Below are positions 55,691-64,000 of a stretch of DNA of 64,000 nucleotides, piece after piece. Position numbers and translations under genes: made by a program. The notes below the pieces were generated by a model. The model was not told the DNA's origin. It made no database searches and was given only the letters and a program-made list of their open reading frames with translations. The stretch's first letter is position 1. Each line of letters opens with the position of its first letter. Source of the stretch: Octopus vulgaris (Eukaryota); assembly GCA_951406725.2 (NCBI GenBank), contig OX597814.1, positions 75,702,001-75,766,000 on the forward strand, given 5' to 3'.

Positions 55691-56600
55691 AGTCTTTGAG
55701 ATTTCTGTTGAAAGACAGAAATCTCAAAACCATATTTGCATTTAGTATGCAGAGCACTCCTCTGTGGGGCTCTGCCTCAGCAATAGTACTGTCAGGACAG
55801 TCATCTTGTTATTTGTTTCTTTTTATTTGTTAGCATGTTCTTTCTGTTGCTAATCCCTAAACGATGAAGTAGAAATCTCAGATGAAATGTTGATATTAAT
55901 AGCAAACATTGGCTATTTGGTAGAATGTTTGCAAACAGCTTTCAATTAAATTTTGTCATTCTATTTTTAACAGATTAAATATATTTTAATGTTGAACTTG
56001 GAGAAATAGCTGTTATGTATTCCATTATTTCTGAAACATATTCCATTATTTCTGTTCAATTTAACTGAGAAGTAAATCATGGAAGAACAAGGAAATATAG
56101 AAAGTAAAATTAAGATAAAATGTCAACTAGATTATCCTAACAAATTGTTTGATCAGTTACAATGTAATTCTTTTGGATAAAATTGCAAGAATTTTGAACG
56201 AAATCAAGACCTTGACTTGCTTACATGCTGGAGACTGAATTTCTTCATTAGCTCACAGCTGTTATTTCTAGACATAGAAAAGCAAGGATAAAGATTTTCA
56301 TATTTTCAAAGAATGGAAAGGAAAATGCTTAAAGGTTAGTCTTAGATCAAGCATCATGGCCAATGTTTTGGAAAATTTTCTACTTCACATTGTGAGTAAA
56401 TTTTTTGTAAAGCATTGGAACTGAATTTTCAGTGGTGGTTTAATGACTCAGTATCATGGGGTGAAATAGTGATGACTACTAAGTTGTCAAAGTTTTTTCC
56501 CAATATTTGCATCTTCACTTACAGCTGTTTCTATTAATATTCAATAAACATTAAATTTACATTTATGCAACATAAGCATAATATCATCAAAGGTAAAGTG

Positions 56601-56707
56601 ATGTGCCTTTGGATGCTATATGTGTGTTTGTGAATTCATTTTAGCAGACTCTGAAATGAATCTGCTTAAATGAATTCACAAACACACATGTAGCATCCAA
56701 AGGTATA
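56601..56707. repeat. About 50-bp near-perfect hairpin with 6-nt loop
   Basis: gcctttggatgctatatgtgtgtttgtgaattcattttagcagactc / gaatctgcttaaatgaattcacaaacacacatgtagcatccaaaggt. Confidence 0.85.
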
Positions 56708-56763
56708 TATGTATCTATGTATATATATGTATGTATGTATATATATGTATATATGTATGTATA

Positions 56764-56825
<62 letters not shown>

Positions 56826-56975
56826 TACATATATACATATGTATATATATATATGTATATGTATGTGTATGTATATGTATGTGTATGTATATATATGTAT
56901 ATATGTGTATGTATATATATGTATGTATATATGTGTATATATATGTGTGTATATGTATATCTATCTATCTATCTC

Positions 56976-57010
<35 letters not shown>

Positions 57011-58430
57011 ATGTGTGTGTGTGCGTGTTATTTGTAGATGTGCATACATGTATATTTATCTACATGTATATGTATTTATATATGTATATGTGTATTTGAT
57101 GGTTTGACAGAATCTGATGGGTCCAAGAACTGCATCATGTTCCAATGTCTGCTTTGGTATGTTTTTTTTTACCTGGATGCCTTCTTAATGCCAACTTTCC
57201 TACAGAGTGTACTATGTGCTTTTTCATGCCACCACCACTAGTGAAGTCATCATGTAGCTCACAGGACTATGAAACCTGCAGGATTGGGGATGGAGGTTAG
57301 CTTTATGCTAGGAGAGAAAAGGTTAGAATATGAGAGGAGTGAGTGGGGGAAGAGCAGGTTTTTGTTGTAGAGGAGTAACATGGCTATTCACGTTTAGAAG
57401 AGGGAATGAGAATGATCAGTAAGGGTTGTGAAAGTGTAAGTAGCAATAATGAGGTGTCCAGGTCACCTCTTAAGGTATGAGGCAACAGAGTGAGGGTGAA
57501 TGTGGGTTTGCAAGAGTATATGAGGGAGCAAAGAGATGGGGAAATGTTGAGAGGGGACGTAGGCAACAACTATAAAGATTGAGCTTGGTTGAAAGGTGGG
57601 TGTAGGGAGTGATGGATAAGGTCTGCAAAATGACCAATGATGCAGGAGCTGGAGAATCCAGAAGAGAATGAGTTGAGGGTGATTAGGAGAGCAGCAGGAC
57701 AGTAACGAGGATATAGTTGACTAGGGTGATATAACAAGTGATTGGACAGGCTGCAGGAATGGAGTGGGAGGAGATGATCTGGTGTTCAGTGGGGTGGAGA
57801 AGGATCAATATATTGTGTGGGGAGAGAAAACAATATTAATGAGTGAAGAATGGCTAAAAAGAGAATGAAAATGAAGTAGTATCATGGGAAAGCTGCAGTT
57901 TGAAGGATGATGGGTTGGATGGCTTGATCAGAGCTGGCAAGCTGGGGAGCTGCATCAGACTCTAGTCTGTTTGGCATGGTTTCTATGGCTGGATGCCCTT
58001 CCTAACACTAACCACTTTACAGAGTGTGCTGGGTGCTTTTACATGGGCATCACACAGGTGCTATTATGCGATGCTGCACAGGCACTTTTATGTGACATTT
58101 CACAGGTACTTTTACATGGTGTCGCCATGAGTACTTTTTACTTGGCACAAGACTCTCGCAGGTCAATCCTCACCACTGGGGTGGGGGAACCCAGTCTAAA
58201 CACTTCTGCTGTGGAGTGCAGGACATTTTTAGTACAGCAAAGTGCCAGGCAAATCAGTCATTTCTAAATCTATCTAGTCATATATCTGTCCCACTGTCTG
58301 TATATATATATATATTTAATTTATATTTATACTGTGAAATTTGATTTAATCCTAAATCTAATTTTTCCCTGTAAGTTTGGATATACTCCCTAATATTACT
58401 ATTATTATAATTATATATATATATATACAG

Positions 58431-59302
58431 AATATTACGTTAGGGTTCAGTAAAATAATTAGGGTTCAGTAAAATAATTTACTTTACCACATACTGAAAA
58501 TTTTAGAAATAGCAGCCAAAAAGTTTTTTAGTCATTTCTTCTACTATAAGAAAAATCTCCCAGATAGTGTTTACTCAAAAATAATTCACGTAGATATGGA
58601 GGGAAAAACAACAAAATATCACATGTACAAAGATCATTTGAGAACGTTACGTTTCTAGATTAGTTGAATTTAAACTCAACATTTCCTTTGTCAGCTCAAC
58701 ATTTCTTAATTTGGATTTGAAAGCACTAAAAATCGAACATACCCGTTTGATATGAGTAATCTCAGACAAACCATCTCCAAACTGCCAGTGCCAACAAATT
58801 CAAAAAGTACGAGTGAGGACTTGTATTATCAATAATAAAAGGGTAAAATCAATTAATTATTAATTAATTTCACCAAGTAGTGTTCAGTATGTAAAACATA
58901 ATATTTTGAATATACATTGAATGGTCCTTTTACATACTGAACACTACTTGGTGAAATTAATTAATAATTAATTGATTTTACCCTTTTATTATTGATAATA
59001 CAATTCCTCTCTCCCTGTTTTTTATTACGGTTCTCACCGTAAAAATTTGTTTACTCTATAACTCACGTGGATGGAAGCGGGAGAAATACAAGTCCTCACT
59101 CGTACTTTTTGAATTTGTTGGCACTGGCAGTTTGGAGATGGTTTGTCTGAGATTACTCATATGTGGTAAAGTAAATTATTTTACTGAGCCCTAATTATAT
59201 AACGTAATATTTTGAATATACCTTGAATGGTCCTTTTACAAACTGAACACTACTTGGTGAAATTAATTAATAATTAATTGATTTTACCCTTTTATTATTG
59301 AT
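58431..59302. mobile_element. Rearranged Penelope-like tail concatemer (inverted and direct modules)
   Basis: The tail module tgaacactacttggtgaaattaattaat...cccttttattattgat occurs three times (once minus, twice plus); module 58751-58825 is inverted at 59086-59162; a related tail lies at 48960-49085. Confidence 0.75.
58638..58699 (-). ncRNA. Degenerate type-I hammerhead motif
   Basis: Minus strand: uugag-CUGACAA-aggaaau-guugagu-uuaa-auucaac-uaaucua-GAAA-cg-uaa-cg-UU-cucaa; G8>A fits CpG decay. Confidence 0.55.
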
Positions 59303-59377
59303 ATATATATATATATACATATATATGTACTGAGAGAAGAAGGAAAAGAGAGAAAAAATTGTGGATTTAGTGGTCAA

Positions 59378-59593
59378 CAAGGGGGTGCTAAAAAGTTCCT
59401 GGCTTTGGGTAAAAAAAATACAGAAGGATCGGTTAATTATGATTTTATCCAACATATTCCCATCTCAGAACCATACACCTATTGCAGTGGTCGTTAAGTT
59501 ATTCTAAGCCCTGTACAAGAATTTGGAAGTTTGGACCTCCAATTATGCCTTTCATGACACCCTTATAGCCAGGAACTTTTTAACACCCCTTTG
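59378..59593. mobile_element. mariner-type MITE
   Basis: TIRs caagggggtgctaaaaagttcctggct / agccaggaactttttaacacccctttg. Confidence 0.8.
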
Positions 59594-59724
59594 TATTTAT
59601 GTATGTGTGTGTGCGTGATGCATGCATGTGTGTGTATGTATGTGTATATATATGTGTGTGTGTATATATATGTGTGTGTGTATATATATGTGTGAGTGTA
59701 TATATATATATATATATATATATA

Positions 59725-60015
59725 GTGGAGGCGCAATGGCCCAGTGGTTAGGGCAGCGGACTTGCGGTCGTAGGATCGCGGTTTCGATTCCCAGACCGGG
59801 CGTTGTGTGTGTTTATTGAGTGAAAACACCTAAAAGCTCCACGACGCTCCGGCAGGGGGTGGTGATCCCTGCTGTACTCTTACACCACTCTTTCTCTCAC
59901 TCTTTCGTCTGTTGGCCTGCTTGCTTAGCATTCGAAGGCTAAAACAATGCGAACGCATTGTGACCAGCGATGTGTAGCAACATCTGATGGTCTGGTCAGT
60001 CATGTGATCACGTGA
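59725..60015 (+). mobile_element. Young tRNA-derived SINE (third family) inserted in (TA)n
   Basis: A box TGGCCCAGTGG, B-box-like GGTTTCGATTCCC, CpG-rich, tail catgtgatcacgtga. Confidence 0.85.
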
Positions 60016-60125
60016 TATATATATATATATATGATGGATAATAAAACATTTGTCCTGATTAATAATAAATTCTCATATATTCCATCTTCTCTCTTTCATT
60101 TGCTATATATATACATATAAATATA

Positions 60126-60450
60126 TGTGTATAATAAGGGATGACCACTAAGTGGACATCCAATATGCTAGAAGAAGATCACCTATGATCTAACTACAAA
60201 GAAAAGAATGTTCTCTAGAGGAATTCAACAAACACCAGAACATAAGCGGATAAGACAGATGAAAATATACAAAATACAGAATTAATGATGAAACCGGTCT
60301 ACGATTAATTCTGTATTTTGTCTTACCTACTTATATTCTGGTATTTGCTGAATTTCTCTAGAGAACATTCTTTTCTTTGTAGTTAGATCGTAGGTAATCT
60401 TCTTCTAGCATATTGGATGTCCACTTAGTGGTCATCCCTTATTATACGCA
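60126..60450. repeat. Fold-back element with about 150-bp arms and half-hammerhead GAAACCGGTC at the apex
   Basis: Arms about 60126-60286 and 60304-60450; GAAACCGGTC at 60290-60299. Confidence 0.8.
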
Positions 60451-60849
60451 TGTATTACAATTTTTCTGAATTTTCAGATTTTTCTATACTGGCTACTGGT
60501 TTTAAATTGATGTTAATTAAATTAATATTCAATTTATCACCCTCATTATTTAAATTTAATATATAAATATATATATATGCATGTATGTATATGTATATGG
60601 CTTAATGGTTAGGGTGTTGCATCATGATCTAGTGATTGTGATTTCAATTCCTAGTCCAGATAGTTTGTTGTGATCTTGAGCAAAAACATTTCATCTCATG
60701 TTGCTCTGTGAGCACCTTGAACATTTGATCACTATAAACAAATCATTTGTGCAGGTCATTCAACAAAAACTTAACACTCATACATTGGCTTCAATGAGAG
60801 AGTCCATCATCTGTATGTGTGTGTATATATATATATATGTATATATCAA

Positions 60850-61330
60850 CATCATCATCGTCTAACGTCTGCTTTCCATGCTAGCATGGGTTAGACGATT
60901 TGACTGAGGGCTGGCGAACCAGATGGCTGCACCAGGCTTCAATCTTGATCTGGCAGAGTTTCTACAGCTGGATGCCCTTCCTACTGCCAACCACTCCGAG
61001 AGTATAGTGGTGCTTTTACGTGCCACCAGCACAGGGGCCAGTCAGGCGGTACTGGCAATGACCTTATTCGAATCTTTTTGCACATGCCACTGGCACAGGT
61101 GCCAGTAAGGCAATGCTGGTAACGATCATGCTTGAATGGTGCCTTTTACGTGCCACCAGCATGGGGGCCATTTAGCCGCTCTGGCAACAATCATGCTTGG
61201 ATGGTGCTCTTAGCACCCTACTAGTACGGGGCTCAAGTGCCAGTAAGGCGATGCTGGTAATGATCACAATCGAATGGTGCCTTTTATGTGCCACTGGCAC
61301 GGAAGCTGGTTAGCCACTCTGTTAACGATT
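60850..61330 (-). mobile_element. RTE 3'-UTR copy
   Basis: catcatcatcgtctaacgtctgctttccatgctagcatggg plus tandem units; further copies at 45590-45770, 57910-58150, 61465-61905 and 63720-63860. Confidence 0.8.
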
Positions 61331-61973
61331 GGGTGGTATGAGCTAAAGAGAAGATATTGTTTTGAGTCAGTTGATTTATGATAAATGTCACTATTTGGTT
61401 GGTGACTTTTTTTATCATAATATCTAAGAAAGAGAGCTGTTCTTTACTATATATATATATATACCATCATCATCATCATTATTTAACATCCATTGTCCAT
61501 GCTGGCATGAGTTGGACAGTTTGACCAGGGCTGGTTAGCTGAGGGGCTGCACCAGACACCAGTCTGATTTGGCATGGTTTCTATGACTGGATGCCCTTCC
61601 TAACACAAACCACTCTGAGAGTTTAATGGGTGCTTTTGCATGCTACTGGCACGGGTGCCAGTTGCATGACGCCAATATTATTCACAACTGTGATTTCTCT
61701 TGGTTTGATGGGTCTTCTCAAGCACAATATATTGCCAAAGGTCTCAATGATTTCATTGCCTCCGTGAGGCCCAATGCTCGAAAGGTGCTTTTGACATGCC
61801 ACCGGCACAGGTGCTAGTTGCATGACACTGGCATTGGCCACATTGCCTCCATGAGGGCCAACACTCGAAAGGTGCTTTTTATGTGCCACCAACATGGGTG
61901 CCAACACACACACACATACACACATGCATACATACATGCATGCATGCATGCATGCATGCATACATACATACAC

Positions 61974-62006
<33 letters not shown>

Positions 62007-63638
62007 CATACATACATATATACATACATACATACATGTGCATGCATGCATACATATGAAGTATATGGAAAGGAAAAAATTGTAGGTGTAGACGATCTTT
62101 AGTTCATAATGTGGTCCTCACCTCTTTTTATATGTATATATGTATAGAGAAACAGACAGATATGCTCATATGAGATCCATTATAATAAGGATAAAGAATA
62201 TTATTTTTAATTATTGGAGAATACTATTTAATATCATTTTAGATTATATATTTTCTCTGTGAAATATGCATTTTTCACTAAAGCAACTATTTTTGTTGTG
62301 TCTGGAGAGAGTCATTCTCTTCTAGTGCCTATTTTTGCTTTATGACTACAATTGTAATAATATTTTTTTGTGCTTACAATTTACATATATATTAATTCTG
62401 AAGATTATCCTAAGATCAATGCTTAAAATCAAGCAGAAGGTTATTGAAAGATAAATGGCATTCCAAATGTAGAACATGTAGAAATTGATATTACTTTGGA
62501 ATTATATTTATTAAGCCATAAAATAGGGCAATAAATTGGGTTGTTTGTTTGACCTTTTGCAATCAGAGTTATATCACTATGGATGATCAGCCCTTTTGAC
62601 CTTTTCATAGAAAATGTGTAGCTAAGTAAACTGAGGCAATGTAGAATGAAGTACCTTGCTTAAGATCACAATAAAAATACCTGTGGTGGATTTGCAATCT
62701 TAATCTTTGTATTCATTTAACTGTTTTGTTTCAATGCTAGACCTGTAGAAATCTCATTTTATAAAGTAAAAGTTCAGTGTTTATCAAATACTGTTATGTC
62801 CTAAATGTTTTGATAAAAATATATTGCATAAAATCAATAATTTATATTTCATTTCTAAGTCTTCAAACTCTTCAAAGTAGCAAATTTGATTTGGCAAACT
62901 AATATATATTCTACAAGCAAGAGCTGCCAAGACAAAATGCCTAAATTGTACCAAATATCTTCGACTGCTTCCTACCATTTATCTGCATCAATAAATCACT
63001 TCCTGGACAGATTTTATTGTTTTTATTTAATATGAACAATAGAATTTCTAATTTGCAAGTAACTAGATTGTATAAAAATTTTATTATGAACCATTGTTTT
63101 ATTACATTTTGTCTTTTTTTAGTACATTTTCTTTTTGTCTGATAAGCAGGTGTATTATATTTTTGATTCGGTATAACTATATCTAAACAGCTTGCTGATA
63201 TTTAGTACTTTTATGCCATCATAAACATGACCTCTTCACAAAATACTTGACATAATTTGGTCAATAATACTGCATGAAAAAGTCAAACTTAGTTATAAAA
63301 TTAAACAAGATACATTTAGTAATATTTTTATGAAAGCACCAACTGTTTCCTCTTCCACTATTATTAATATATTTATGAATTTTTTTCCTCTTCTGGAATA
63401 ACTAGAAGAACCTTCATCCCCAATCATAAGTTTACTATTTTTTAAAACATCAGTTCCAAAGTTCAAAAGGTTCAGAACTAGTAAAGCATCTTATTCAATG
63501 TGCCAACTTCTCAGCCCAAATCTACTCATCTTAAAAAACCTGAAAAAAGTGTTTTTACCTATTTCTCATAACTTATTTGAACCATATATAAATACAGTTT
63601 TTGTTTTGTATGTGTTTGAATGTTAAAGAGGGCTAACT

Positions 63639-63685
<47 letters not shown>

Positions 63686-63859
63686 GCATACATATATATA
63701 TAAGTGTGTGTGTGTATATCATCATTAACACCACCTTCATTTAACACCTGTTTTCTATGCTGGCATTGGCTGGACGGTTGACTGAAAACTGGTAAGCTGG
63801 AGAGCTGCAGTTAAGATAAGAAGCCATTAGAACAACTGCCTGGTACTGCATCAGGGCTT

Positions 63860-63877
63860 TTATTATTATTATTATTA

Positions 63878-63929
<52 letters not shown>

Positions 63930-63932
63930 CAT
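63860..63932. repeat. (ATT)n microsatellite
   Basis: Directly visible. Confidence 0.95.
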
Positions 63933-64000
63933 TGTTAGAGCTGAAAGCAAGCAATGATTATATATATATGTGTATATATATATATATATGTATATATATA

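Noticed and set aside
59725-59800. tRNA-like sequence
   Set aside because: A and B boxes only, continuing into a SINE body; no proper acceptor stem.
62784-63540. Unique AT-rich stretch with a minus-strand acceptor at about 63540 and short ORFs
   Set aside because: Could be a terminal exon or UTR of a neighbouring gene, but there is no motif or homology evidence.

Overview
AT-rich, repeat-dense eukaryotic DNA with many (TA)n/(CA)n/(GA)n tracts. The SINE, RTE and Helitron families resemble those I recognise from octopus (cephalopod) genomes; this is inference, not a database result. Most ORF-track entries are microsatellite or repeat artefacts. The left half (1 to about 33 kb) looks like the 5' part of a minus-strand intron-rich host gene: an ETS+CRE promoter near 32.97 kb, a short non-coding exon 1, an exon ending ATG|GTAAGA at 29032, and a 105-nt phase-0 coding exon at 18576-18472 (product unidentified). 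The right half is mostly decayed transposons: Helitron Rep and helicase relics, two mariners, a CR1-group LINE with a CCCH-finger ORF1, non-autonomous Helitrons, tRNA-SINEs and MITEs. The left half also holds a DD41D Tc1/mariner and an RTE LINE with a PHD finger inside its reverse transcriptase. The most striking signal is a dispersed set of short non-coding elements, often fold-backs, that carry minimal type-I hammerhead ribozyme motifs of the Penelope/retrozyme kind (about 15.2, 23.1, 26.7, 34.5, 48.1-48.3 and 58.7 kb; partial at 33.9 and 60.3 kb). They include U3-A8 core variants and one element that joins a tRNA-derived Pol III head to a hammerhead tail. All coordinates were read by eye.
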